A stretch of 64,000 nucleotides of DNA from a bacterium (lineage in GTDB: Bacteria; UBA10199; 2-02-FULL-44-16; JAAZCA01): contig CAXXGI010000001.1 in NCBI GenBank assembly GCA_963674695.2, forward strand, positions 448,001-512,000, given 5' to 3'. Below, one piece after another: positions 1 through 10,900 of this stretch. A program made the position numbers and the translations under genes. Every line of letters starts with the position of its first letter. Position 1 is the stretch's first letter. The notes beneath the pieces were generated by a model, which worked only from the letters and a program-made list of their open reading frames with translations, made no database searches and was not told the DNA's origin.

Positions 1-1
1 G

Positions 2-187
2 GGGCTCGCCCTCGTCCTCATCGCCATAGGCATCCTCACCGTTCGGGCGCGCCCGTTCATCGACCGCCTCCCGAAGGGGGAACTCCTCACCCGCTGGCTG
101 CCGCTGGCCAGCGCCATCATCGTCACGCTCCTCGGAGGCGCGATCATCTATCAGGGGTTCTGGCGGGAATGGACCCTTCTCCACTGA
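2..187 (+). CDS. 3' end of a membrane protein, possibly RcnA/NicO-type nickel/cobalt transporter (partial)
   Basis: Frame 2 reads GLALVLIAIGILTV...RWLPLASAIIVTLLGGAIIYQG to TGA at 185-187. Two hydrophobic helices resemble RcnA/NicO C-termini. Confidence 0.5.
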   Translation, partial: GLALVLIAIGILTVRARPFIDRLPKGELLTRWLPLASAIIVTLLGGAIIYQGFWREWTLLH

Positions 188-289
188 AGGAATGACAATT
201 TTACTCAGCATTTCAAATGCTTTGACGAACGCGCCCCTCCTGTGCCATCGATATTATGCGACTCTTTGTATCGGGAGAGAAGACCACCC

Positions 290-2068
290 ATGTCCAGCGA
301 ACTCGTCACCGACCTGACCAGGATCCTCGAACCGCACGCCAAGCGGCTTGAGCACGTCCATGGGCAGATGGTCGATTCCGACGAACCGTTCGACCTCACC
401 CCCTTCGCCACGGCCCTTGCCCATTCACAGGACGAACACGACGAGAACCTGTGCGCGATGTGGATTGCGGGAATAGTCGATTCGATCGCACTGACGGAAC
501 GGTACTACGCCTTCCTCGAAGGGCGCGCGGGAAGGATCGACGAACAATCCTCACGACCTCCAGATGAGGAGAGGCGGCGACGGCACGCCGGCCACCTCAT
601 CGGTATGCTGCGCAAACCCAAGATCGACGACGGCATCCAGCGGGATCTGATGCGCACCGTTCTGGCCATCAACACGCGGCAGGGATATCTCTCCACGCTC
701 TTGACGCTGATCATGGCCATCCGCGAGGAGGCCACGCGCATCAGTTCGCACGCGGTCGATCCCGCCGTCGATCTGTCCCGCTCACACATTGCGTTCATGC
801 GACTCTTTCCGCCGCTCACGGCCTTTGTCGAACACCCGCTCTACGAAGAGACCTGGAAGAGCCTGCCCAACCTCTACGAACTCGATCGCCTCTCCCACAT
901 CGTGCGCGATCTCCCGGTGCATCGTCCCCAAGATGATCGAAAGATGCGCGCACAGGTACAGCGCGCGGCACAGATCATCACCGCCGCCATCGACCGGCGA
1001 TGGATTCCGCTCATTCAAGAGACCGTACAGACGGGATCACATCAAGCGATCGTCCTCAAGACCACGAAGGGAACGATCCCCTCTCAGGGGGTAGAAGGCC
1101 AGAAGACCGCGCATGATCTCTTGGGCGATCCCGCCAGCGCGTGGCGCACACGTCCCCCTCTGCACGCCGAAGAACCTCCTCCGCTGCCAGCGGAATTCGA
1201 CGCCGCAGATGAATCCCCGTCGACACCGCCGCCCGACACGAGCGACGACATGGACGAGATCGATGTCGAATTGCCCCCGGATGAAGGGATCGAGATCGAG
1301 ATCGAGATCGATCTGGGTGAGGGTATGGAGGAAACGGCCCCTCCCCAGAGCACCGTTACCGAGGCCAGCCCCCCCGCGCACCCCGCGGAGATGCTGCGCG
1401 CGTTTCTCAACGCGATCGGAAAACCCATCGATGAGAACGCCGCCAATGAACTCGCCCTGCAAGGGCTGCGCACCGCCCTCATGATCGATGATCCCAGCCG
1501 GCACCTGGAGATGACGGCCCTCATGTCGCGTGCGGCGCTGGGCGTATATCTGCGGCGGAACCCCTCGAGAACGGCCGCACAGGAACGCGCGCTCAAGGCG
1601 CTCAAGAACAACCTCGCCTCGATCCAGATGCATCTGCAGTTCGAACAGTTCGAAAGACCGAGCCAGCGCGCGAGCAATCGCCGATCCTTCTCCACCCTCT
1701 TCGTCGGTACGAACGCCGATCGGAACGGATTCGCGCAGGCACACACCTTCGTCGACCAGCATCTCACCGATCGTTTCCCGGATGCCTTTGCGCTCACCCC
1801 CGACCTTCAGGGCCGTTCGCTCAATCGTATTGCGACGGCGACTCTCGACTTCTTCGAATACGGCCTGGGGCTCGCTATCGGGGAAAACGGTGAACTCAAC
1901 GACGAAAACATCGCCGCGGTGCACGAAACCCTTCATGCGCTCGACGGCCCCGCACTCCCCGATAACGACCTCCAGGAGGTGACCGCCACCTGGGATATGG
2001 CCCTGGGCGTGATCGACGCGCTGGCCATCCCCGCGCCGATCGCCCCCACCACGACCGGCATGCTGTGA
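290..2068 (+). CDS. Hypothetical protein (~592 aa), helical with an acidic/Pro-rich central linker
   Basis: Long ORF; ATG at 290 preceded by GGAGAG. No recognisable motif. Confidence 0.7.
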   Translation: MSSELVTDLTRILEPHAKRLEHVHGQMVDSDEPFDLTPFATALAHSQDEHDENLCAMWIAGIVDSIALTERYYAFLEGRAGRIDEQSSRPPDEERRRRHAGHLIGMLRKPKIDDGIQRDLMRTVLAINTRQGYLSTLLTLIMAIREEATRISSHAVDPAVDLSRSHIAFMRLFPPLTAFVEHPLYEETWKSLPNLYELDRLSHIVRDLPVHRPQDDRKMRAQVQRAAQIITAAIDRRWIPLIQETVQTGSHQAIVLKTTKGTIPSQGVEGQKTAHDLLGDPASAWRTRPPLHAEEPPPLPAEFDAADESPSTPPPDTSDDMDEIDVELPPDEGIEIEIEIDLGEGMEETAPPQSTVTEASPPAHPAEMLRAFLNAIGKPIDENAANELALQGLRTALMIDDPSRHLEMTALMSRAALGVYLRRNPSRTAAQERALKALKNNLASIQMHLQFEQFERPSQRASNRRSFSTLFVGTNADRNGFAQAHTFVDQHLTDRFPDAFALTPDLQGRSLNRIATATLDFFEYGLGLAIGENGELNDENIAAVHETLHALDGPALPDNDLQEVTATWDMALGVIDALAIPAPIAPTTTGML

Positions 2069-2083
2069 TGAGGAGAACTACCC

Positions 2084-3964
2084 ATGCGCCCAACCGCCCT
2101 TGAGGCCTTTCGCGCGCTGCTGATTGCATCCGGCCTGCACCTGCCGAATGAAGCGCAGCACATCACCTTTCAAAGCCGCGTGGGCCAGGCCTGCCTTGCC
2201 GCCCTCCTCCCCGATGGCCTCCCGGACCGCACGGTGGGAGACGATGGCGACATCGACGATGAGGCATTCAACGCCGAACTCGCGCAGCGTTTTTCGCGAC
2301 TGACGATGCAGTTTGCCTGGGAGCCACCGCTCGCGGCATCGACGCGCCGCTTCGGCAGCATCGAACAACTCACCGGAGCGATTGCGGGCGTCCCCGAGAA
2401 TGCACCGTCGCCCCCTGGCACCGAAGCACTGCCCGCCGAGGTCGTCATCACGAACCAGAACCTGGGCGGCGATGAGACGACGCTTCCCACCTCGATCAAA
2501 CAGGCCGCCAACCGATTCTTGAATGCCGCGCTCCGCTCGGGATCATCCTCAGCCACGCAGGCGGCTCGATGTGTCCTTGCCCTCCACCGCTTCGATGACG
2601 CCGGTTGGCACCTTCCACTGCCCGCGCTCCTGCCGTCGCTGCATGCACTCGTCGACTGGGGCTATGAGAATCAACGCAACCCTCTGGTGATCGGCGTGGC
2701 CGACGCCATCGATGCGGTCATTCGCGAGGATGAACGCGTCGTCGCCATCCTCGATGAGATCGATGACCGCGTATCCGCCGAGGAGGAAAGAGCCAATGCC
2801 GCCCGTGCGCAGGCCCAGATTGCGAACACCGCCGCGAAGCAGTCTTCTCCCGACCGCCCGAAGCGAGGTCGCCCGCGGAAGAAGAAAACGCCGTCAGCGG
2901 AAAAGACAGCGCCGCTTCAGGATGATACCGCTCGGGCCAACGAACGCGCGCAGTTCCTCTTCGGACGACACCCCCTGACCCTGCACACGGCCCTCGCGCA
3001 CCTCGGCGCAGCCAATATCCTGCGCGATCTCACCTGGTGGATGGAGCGCAACTTTGCGCAAGTGGATGAGCCGACGGCCTTGAACCTGCTCGACACACTC
3101 GCGCGCGATCCACGTGCGCATGGCGTCGCCCACAATGATCTCGTCGTCGCCCTCGTCGGCTTTCTCTGGAACTCGGTCCCGGAGACAGATGCGGAGAAAC
3201 AGGCGAATCACCTCATGGAACAGTTGGGTTTTCCGCACATGAGCGCCACCAGGATCACGCGCCTCTTTCCGGAGACAACCCCCAGCTGGACACCACAGAC
3301 GGTGATGCACCGCCTGCAGAAAAGCGCCGCACCCCGGCCTCAGCCAAAGCCGACGCCCGCCGACGCAAACCAACGGCGCGATCCCGTGCCGCACACGATC
3401 ATGCCTCAGGACGCGCTCGATGAATACCGCGAGCGAGCGGAGGAGAAGAACCCCGTGGCAGGGGCGCTGATCCATCTAGCAAAGCCCTTCATCGTCGATG
3501 CTCCCTTCGATCCCAAAACACTCATCACGGGGGCAAATCACCGTTTCCTCCTCTTTATGGATGGACGCGTCGGCATCACGCTCATGCAGGCGGGCCCAAC
3601 GCTGGCGAGCCGCAAAGACCTCACCGCCCGCGGCATCTTTCGCCTCAGCCATCGCCACCAACTCGCGCTCCTCGACGGCCTGCCCAAAAATCTGGTTGAA
3701 GAACAGATCGTCCCCCTCTTCCAAACCTGGGGATATGAACCGACCATCCGCACGGGCATCGCGCGCGACCCCATCGTCGACGACGATGACGATGAAGGCG
3801 GATCGACGCCGCCGACCACTCCGGAAGACATCATGGGTTCGCCGCAGACCGGCGGCACCAATGGTGGGATGGATGCCATGTCTGCGTTTGACGTCGACGC
3901 GCTTGCATTCGAAACGACGGCGACCCCTCCGCCCATCCTTTCGGCGATAACGTTCCTGCGTTGA
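2084..3964 (+). CDS. Hypothetical protein (626 aa)
   Basis: Long ORF with GAGGAG RBS, 15 nt after the previous stop. Basic patch RPKRGRPRKKK and acidic tail. Confidence 0.7.
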   Translation: MRPTALEAFRALLIASGLHLPNEAQHITFQSRVGQACLAALLPDGLPDRTVGDDGDIDDEAFNAELAQRFSRLTMQFAWEPPLAASTRRFGSIEQLTGAIAGVPENAPSPPGTEALPAEVVITNQNLGGDETTLPTSIKQAANRFLNAALRSGSSSATQAARCVLALHRFDDAGWHLPLPALLPSLHALVDWGYENQRNPLVIGVADAIDAVIREDERVVAILDEIDDRVSAEEERANAARAQAQIANTAAKQSSPDRPKRGRPRKKKTPSAEKTAPLQDDTARANERAQFLFGRHPLTLHTALAHLGAANILRDLTWWMERNFAQVDEPTALNLLDTLARDPRAHGVAHNDLVVALVGFLWNSVPETDAEKQANHLMEQLGFPHMSATRITRLFPETTPSWTPQTVMHRLQKSAAPRPQPKPTPADANQRRDPVPHTIMPQDALDEYRERAEEKNPVAGALIHLAKPFIVDAPFDPKTLITGANHRFLLFMDGRVGITLMQAGPTLASRKDLTARGIFRLSHRHQLALLDGLPKNLVEEQIVPLFQTWGYEPTIRTGIARDPIVDDDDDEGGSTPPTTPEDIMGSPQTGGTNGGMDAMSAFDVDALAFETTATPPPILSAITFLR

Positions 3965-3982
3965 TGAACCATCACAATAAAA

Positions 3983-4852
3983 TCAGAGGTGCTGTGTTTC
4001 CGGCGGGCGAGCTATGCTGCGGGTAAAGAGCGTGCGGGGAAAACCGGCGATCAATGCCGATTGCGCGAGATTCCCGTTGGGAATAGAGAGAAAGCGCCGT
4101 GCCCAGCGCGACTGCTGCACGAAGGGGGGCACCATGCCGATGATCGTCGTCCCCAGCCCCAATGCCTGTGCCGCCAGCATCGCATAGGTGGCAGCGATCA
4201 CGGGATCGTCGTGCGCGCTGATCTTGTCAGCTGGCGCGTGAAAGACCAAGAGCAGCGGAGCACTCCAGGTGAAGACGTCCTCCTCGGTCCGCTCGTAGTG
4301 GGCAAACATGCGGTCCATGACCGGCATGAAGTTCTGGATGGCACAAAAAACCTTCTTCCCCATGGAGAGCCGAAGGATTGGACGCATGAAGGGGCTTCGC
4401 ATCCCCCGGTGCAAACGGCGATAAAAAGCCACCATCGGGGGAAGGAGCCGAGCCACCTTCTCCTTTCCGTTTACGATACTCACGCCGCCGAGCTCAGCGG
4501 GAAAACCGAGGGGGGCTTGCGCCACCGCCTCGAGGATGCAATCGACCATTGCGCGTGGAACCGGTTCGTCGCGAAAAGCGCGCACCGAGCGACGCGTCTT
4601 CATCAGATCGAGCAGCGCCTCGATGCCGATCGTCTCCTTCGGGAGGGCATCGAACTGTGTCTCCGGCAGCCCCTCGACCGTCACGGCCCCGGTGGGGCAG
4701 ATGGCCATGCAATGACCGCAACAGATGCAACAATCCTCTGCTTCCGGCACGAAACGGACCTGTTCGTCCCGATATTCGATGAGTCGCATCGGACAGTCGA
4801 TGATGCATCGACCACAGGTGATACACTTTTGAGAATCGATCGAAAATTCCAT
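3983..4852 (-). CDS. Nitroreductase family protein with N-terminal 2x[4Fe-4S] ferredoxin domain
   Basis: CITCGRCIIDCP and CICCGHCMAICP motifs; nitroreductase motifs RRSVRAF and AQALGLGTTIIG. Confidence 0.9.
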   Translation of the reverse strand: MEFSIDSQKCITCGRCIIDCPMRLIEYRDEQVRFVPEAEDCCICCGHCMAICPTGAVTVEGLPETQFDALPKETIGIEALLDLMKTRRSVRAFRDEPVPRAMVDCILEAVAQAPLGFPAELGGVSIVNGKEKVARLLPPMVAFYRRLHRGMRSPFMRPILRLSMGKKVFCAIQNFMPVMDRMFAHYERTEEDVFTWSAPLLLVFHAPADKISAHDDPVIAATYAMLAAQALGLGTTIIGMVPPFVQQSRWARRFLSIPNGNLAQSALIAGFPRTLFTRSIARPPETQHL

Positions 4853-5006
4853 GTCATCCCCCATCCGTATTCATACACGCGCACCAACCCCCGTGCAACA
4901 TTTCATCCCCTTGAATAATCGATGGTTTTCCCCTGAAGACAACGGTCTTCAGGAATCGAGCGACAGAGACAATTTTCACCCCCCGCACAGCCGATAACAC
5001 CAACAG

Positions 5007-7688
5007 ATGACGACGAATACCCCATATCAGAGATCCTGCACAAAGACGCTCATCATCCTTCTGATGATGGGGCTCATCTGTTCCTGCGGCAACGGAACCG
5101 GGGCATCGACAACGGCCGCGCTCATCGATGAGGACACGCCGATCATCGATAGCGACGAGGAGACACCGAGCGGTGGCCTCTTCGAGTTGCCCGCCGATGT
5201 TGAGACCGACACCGAGATAAATGCCGACGTGGAATCGGACGAAGAGGAGACGAACTGCGCCCGATTGGAATCGCAGGCCGTCCATCTCGCCGAGGATATC
5301 GTCGCCAAGCGCGAGCGCCTCTTCGGTGCCGAGGGCAAACGCGCCAAGCGCGATGCGACCTGTGCGGAGATGGCCTGCACCTCCGTCACCGTGCTCACCA
5401 CCAGGCGAGCGAAGATCGATGAACTGCGCCACAAACTCGAGATGTGTCGCAACGGCGATGCCGTGGCGGAGGAAGCGACCGACCGCAAGAGCCTGGGTGC
5501 CCTCGCCGCGCAGATTTCACGGGTGACCGAACGGACGACGCGGGCGCGCACGAATCGCGCGGAACAGGTGGAGCTGCTCGATGCCCAACGCGAGGACCTC
5601 TGTGCCTACGGCGAGGAGCGCGCCCTCTATTGTAGAATGGATGCCGATGGCGCCGGGGCCTGCCTCAAAGGGACCGATGCCGAACAGTGGCTCGACACCG
5701 CCACCCTCGTCGGCAAGCTGCTCACCAAGATCCCCTCAGCCGAACCGGATGGACCGACCGATGAGGGTATCGTTGCCATCCCCGAGGAGATGCCGAGCAT
5801 CGCCGCCATCGGCACGACGCAGATCGCGGCAGTGGAGAGAGCACCGGAACAAAGCGACGACGGCTCGGCATGCAATGGACTCGCCTCCCGCGTGGCCGCC
5901 CTCCAGGTGGAGCTCGATGCGATCGACGAACAGGAATCCATCCTCGCTGAGGATACGCGGCAGTGCCAACTCGCGCGCGACGAGGGATGTCGCACCGCTG
6001 TCCGCGCCGAGCAGACAATCCTCGATCGATGGATCGCCTACTACGATGGAGATCACGTGGCCACCACCGAGGCCGAACAGGACGGCGCCGTCGAAACCTG
6101 TCGCAACAAGCGGCGTGAGCTGGAAAAGGTCTTGGAGAAGCGGACGAAAGTTCTCGCCCTCTTCGAAGAGGGCAGCGCCTTCGATCGCGAATTGGAGGGA
6201 AGCATCGCCGCCTGCGAACAAGCCGATAAAGACTTCAAAGGATGGCGCGATGCAAACCTCGCCATCAAGGGCGAGCGCTACAACGATCAGAACGTCTTCG
6301 GCGGCGTCTATGAGGGCGCAACATTCGGCAAGACCGATGGTCGATTCACCTGCGCCGAACACAAGGTGCTCACCGGCATGTGGGTCAATCACGGCAAGGA
6401 GAAGACGATCGTCACCGCCATCGAATGTGCCCATTTCACGGTCGGCGACGGGATCTTCAAGAGCCGGTCGACCCATCGGATCTTCGGGACGGAGAAGAGC
6501 ACCATCGATGGAGACTACATCGGCTGTGCGGATGGTTTCGGCGTGTCGGCGATCCTGGGCGGTGCTCGGAAAAACAAACGTGGCGTCGGCGGCCTGGTGC
6601 TCGAATGCACGCAGTCGGGAAAATCAGGGCCCATCGTCCTCGTGCGCAAAGGCAATGATGAAGATACCCCTGTCCACCCCGTGCGCACCTACACGAAACC
6701 GGTGGGTAAGCTCAAGAAAAACGCCTGGGCAAAGATCAACAACGAAGAACAGGAAAAACAAAACACCTGCAACGGTCGCGCCTGCGCCCACTGGACGAGC
6801 AACCTCTTTCGCTCGAAGTGCTACAATGAAAGCAAACAGCGTTTCGGCTTCGCCGTCGGCATTCATGGTCGTATCGGTGAAGGCAACCGCTTCGAAGACA
6901 TCGGCCTGCGCTGTGAAGGCGTAATCAATGCGGAGAATGAGATATATGTGAAATCGATCGAAGGCATGCGAACGGGAGAGGCCAGAGTCCTCAATCCCGA
7001 CGAACTCCTCGACCACGTTATTTTAAAAACCCTCTGGTCAGCGGGACAGTCCGACGGGGGCGGGTGGTATCAGGACTCCGTCACCACCGACAACCTCGAT
7101 ACCAAGGGTGACGCAGGCCGCCGCCTGGTGATGACTGGCATCGCCGTCGTGCGACACTCCGTCGATGGCATCCATAAAGTGGGCACATCACGATTCACCA
7201 TCGGATACGCCCGTCCGATCTTCACCGCATTCGAAAATCTCTTTGCCGAGAAATCACACAAAAGCGATCCGATGGATCATGCCATCTCCGCGATCGAAGA
7301 GAAGTGGCGCATCGAGGATAATGCCGTGGAATACAGCTGCCCGGCGGGACACGTCGTGACCGGCATCAAGCGATACGTCAACCATCAGTCAAAGTGGGAC
7401 TACCGGTCGGGAATGCGCCAGCACGACTACCGGCCCTACAGCTATCAGCTCGAGTGCACGCCGCTGCATCTCACCGATAAAGGAAGCTGGGCGCTGCTCA
7501 CCTGGCGCACCACATGGACGAGCATGTACAACGCCGTACCCGGAAGCCATAAGAAGAAGGTCTTTCAGTGCGCACCGAACCAGGTCGCCGCCGGAATCAA
7601 CGGCTTCGTCGAGGGTTTCAGTGGAAAACCCTCCGATCGCGGCGTGGTCTCCGACATCGTGCTCGCCTGCGCCGATCTTGAGAATTAA
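5007..7688 (+). CDS. Large Cys-rich lipoprotein: coiled-coil N-half, repeated beta-prism/lectin-like C-half
   Basis: Lipobox LICSC; repeated units C-x4-V-x2-G...LxC (CAEHKVLTG, CPAGHVVTG, CAPNQVAAG). Confidence 0.7.
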   Translation: MTTNTPYQRSCTKTLIILLMMGLICSCGNGTGASTTAALIDEDTPIIDSDEETPSGGLFELPADVETDTEINADVESDEEETNCARLESQAVHLAEDIVAKRERLFGAEGKRAKRDATCAEMACTSVTVLTTRRAKIDELRHKLEMCRNGDAVAEEATDRKSLGALAAQISRVTERTTRARTNRAEQVELLDAQREDLCAYGEERALYCRMDADGAGACLKGTDAEQWLDTATLVGKLLTKIPSAEPDGPTDEGIVAIPEEMPSIAAIGTTQIAAVERAPEQSDDGSACNGLASRVAALQVELDAIDEQESILAEDTRQCQLARDEGCRTAVRAEQTILDRWIAYYDGDHVATTEAEQDGAVETCRNKRRELEKVLEKRTKVLALFEEGSAFDRELEGSIAACEQADKDFKGWRDANLAIKGERYNDQNVFGGVYEGATFGKTDGRFTCAEHKVLTGMWVNHGKEKTIVTAIECAHFTVGDGIFKSRSTHRIFGTEKSTIDGDYIGCADGFGVSAILGGARKNKRGVGGLVLECTQSGKSGPIVLVRKGNDEDTPVHPVRTYTKPVGKLKKNAWAKINNEEQEKQNTCNGRACAHWTSNLFRSKCYNESKQRFGFAVGIHGRIGEGNRFEDIGLRCEGVINAENEIYVKSIEGMRTGEARVLNPDELLDHVILKTLWSAGQSDGGGWYQDSVTTDNLDTKGDAGRRLVMTGIAVVRHSVDGIHKVGTSRFTIGYARPIFTAFENLFAEKSHKSDPMDHAISAIEEKWRIEDNAVEYSCPAGHVVTGIKRYVNHQSKWDYRSGMRQHDYRPYSYQLECTPLHLTDKGSWALLTWRTTWTSMYNAVPGSHKKKVFQCAPNQVAAGINGFVEGFSGKPSDRGVVSDIVLACADLEN

Positions 7689-7714
7689 TCACTCTTGAAA
7701 CCTGGTTTTTCGCC

Positions 7715-7830
7715 TGTCATCCCCGCCTGCCCGCCTCCGGCGGGAGTGATTCTATCGGGGATCCAGTCCCGGAAAGTCGTACAACAAAGGCATCTGCCTG
7801 GATTCCCGCCTACCCCATGCGGGAATGACA
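7715..7830. repeat. Palindromic REP/REPIN-like element 1, with 19-nt nested insertion and outer inverted repeats
   Basis: TGTCATCCCC...GGGGATCCAG / CTGGATTCCCGC...GCGGGAATGACA. Outer IR 7693-7710 vs 7836-7853 (16/18). Confidence 0.85.
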
Positions 7831-7904
7831 AAAACAAAAAACAGGTTTCTAGAGATACCCCACAGACGCTTCTCGGTTCTTGATCTTTGGTCCATGGTCT
7901 ATGG

Positions 7905-10900
7905 TCAAAGCGGAGAGATGCCTTCGCGGACATACTTGGCGGCAAAGCCGCCGCCGTCGGCATCGATGAAGATGGGATTGGCCAGCCCCCAGGCGGACGC
8001 ACCCACCCGCGGGTCGGCGTGAAAGGCGGTGAGATCAGCAGGGTCGAAGATCTCGGGCGCATCCTTCGCATCGACGAGCGCATACGTCACGATGGGAAAG
8101 AGCGATCGATACCCCTCGGTGGATGGCGTCCCGCGCGCCATCGCCACCACCCAGGTATCCTCCGCAACGTTCATCTCGAAGGTGACGCTCGCCGTGATCA
8201 CACCCTCCTCTTCCGTCCAATTCTCGAGCGTCCCGTCGGAGAGTTTGAAGCTGCGCTCCGGCTGATAGGTGTAGCGCGGCGTGTGATAGGGTTTATAAAA
8301 TTCAGCGGGATCGGCGGCGGTGCCCTGCATGGGCATGTCGGTCGCGTCATCGACCGGAATGGGTTCCGTGTTGGCGTAGATCTCGATCGTGTCGAACCAT
8401 CCCCAGGAGGGCGCACTCACCTCGACCGTGAAGGTCGCCTTCGATCCTGAAACCGTCCCGCCGATCTCAGCCGAATCGCCATCCGCGCCGACGGCGCGCA
8501 CCATGACGACAGGACCGGCCGAGACCGAAACCCGCAGCGCATTGATGTTGCGTGCATACTCCTCCAGACCGATGGCGTCGTGGCTCCCCCCCATGCCGTC
8601 GCGCGGATCGACCGAGTGTGCGATGAAGTTGCGCGGCAGGCCCATGGGGTTGGCCGCACCTCGATGGCTGTCGGAGTCGGCGGTAGCCGCCACGATCTGG
8701 CCCAAGTTGAGGAGGTTGAACCAGGTCGGAATCGCCGATCGATAGAGCATCTCGGTGTCGTGCAGGTGCATGCCGATCACGAGTTCCACCGCGTTGTAGT
8801 CGGTCGTCATCAACCCCGAGCTTCCGAAGGAAGAGGGAATCCCGCCACTCGCTGCCGGCATGCGCCGCGAGAGCGGATCGGCATAGGTGGAAAGCGGTGC
8901 CACGCCGAACCCCTCTTGATAGAAGGGAGTGGTCACCCAGCCGGTCGCCAACAGCAAGCCCGTGGGGTTATCCATAATGTGGTTGAGCATGATCACTTCT
9001 TCGCCGGGATCCTCGCGCAGCTGTGGAATCATCTCGTCGAGCGTCCAGACGAAATCCGGCGCGGGGGAGACCTCTTCCGCATTCGAGCCGCTCCAATCGA
9101 ACGCCCCGCCCTCGGGATCGGAGGGATCATGGTCGAGCGGGAAGACGTGCAGATGCCCATAGTGATTCGGCGTCACCTCATCGCCCACGGACGTCTGCAT
9201 CGAACCGGGCGGAATGAGACCGCGATCTTCGAGACGCGCGAGCACCGGCGCATAGTCGGTGAGATAGTCGTGATCGGAGGACTGCAAGACGTCGAGCCCC
9301 TCGGCTGCGGCCGAGAGCACGCGCAGCTCATGGTTGAGTTTCGAATCGGGACTCGTGATCGAGTGGACGTGAAAATCGGCGCAGACATATCCGGGTGTGC
9401 GCGCCGCACGTCGCAGCTGCAGGCCGTCGAGCACGGCCTGCCCCCCTGCGGGCACCTCCACGACGCGCTCGTCGCTCGTGTACTCCGGACCATGGCTCAC
9501 GACGATGCGATAGGTCCCCGGCTCCAGGGTGAGCGTGGCGCTCCCGGTGAGATCGAACGTCCCGCGCGCGGTGAGGTATTTCACATCGACGATACCGAAG
9601 CGCTCTTCCCAATGGATGGTGGAACGAAAGCGACCGGCGCTGCCCACCTTGTTGGGACTCGGATCCTCGCCCACAATCGTGAGTCGTGCAGGGATCGCAC
9701 CGCCCGTCTCGGCATCGATGACGGGCCCGGAAAGCATCAGTGATCCGCGCTCGCCGAGCGTGCAGGTGATGCTGGCCGATTCGCGCGTGCTCAGATCGAT
9801 CGTGGCCGGATCGCAGCTGCCCGCATCGGTCGTGCCATTGAGATGATAGCCGAACTTATCCACGACCACCGAATAACGACCGGAACCGAACCCGCGCGAG
9901 ATGACATCGCCGCCGGTGGGAAGGTCGCCGGAAAAACGCCCCTGCGCATCGGTGCGATAGGTGATCACCGCCGCCGCCCCATCCATGATCGCCACCGTCG
10001 CCCCTTGCACGGGCGTGCCGCTGGCATCGACCACGCTTCCGGAGATGGGTCGACGCGCGGCACCGAGCAGACGCAGGCCCTCGTCGAGGACCGAACCGGC
10101 GGAACCGTCGCCGACGACGAAGTAGCTCGTGATCGTACGCGAGGATGAAGGCGCAATGCTGAAATGAATATCCGGTTCGCCGCCGCTTCCCAGGGGAGCG
10201 AGTTTTAAAAACTCCTCACCGAAGATCACGCCGGTGACATCGGAGTAACTCACCGAGGTGGTGGTGTGCGGCTTGCCCGTATCCGGATCGAGGAACTGCT
10301 GCGGATCGAAGAAGTAGCCGTAGGAGACATCGACCTCGTCGAATCCCGCATAGATCACCGCGGGCGTATTCGCGCCCACCTGCGTCATGAGATCGGGCGA
10401 AAAACCCAGCCCCGGCACGAGCATCGAAACCTGTCCGGAGCCGTTGAGAAACGTCCCCATCGGAATCTCGACGGAATCGCTCCCCTCGTTCGTAAAGGTC
10501 GTCTCAATGCGAACACCGCGCGCTCCCGGCTCGAGGATATAGTCGGTGATCACCTCGGCACTCATCGCCTTCAAGTCGCCATAGATGTCGAAGGGGTTTT
10601 TGAGATCATCGAATCGGTTGGAGAAGGTGATCGCCTGACCGGCAACGCCCTCGGCCACATCGCCGATAAAATCCAGATCGAGGTAGTCGTAGACATCGAT
10701 GCGACCCTTGGCACGCAACACTTTTGCTGAACCGTCGGAACCATCGGAGATCACCTCATAGTCATAGGTGTTGACCGTCCACTCGATGTTCACGAGGGGA
10801 AAGAGCGAACCGAAATTATCCTGGCCCGCGCCCGATCGATTGAGATCGGCGTCGATGATATTGCCGCCGAAGGAATTGACGCCCGCATTCTTGCGCGGCT

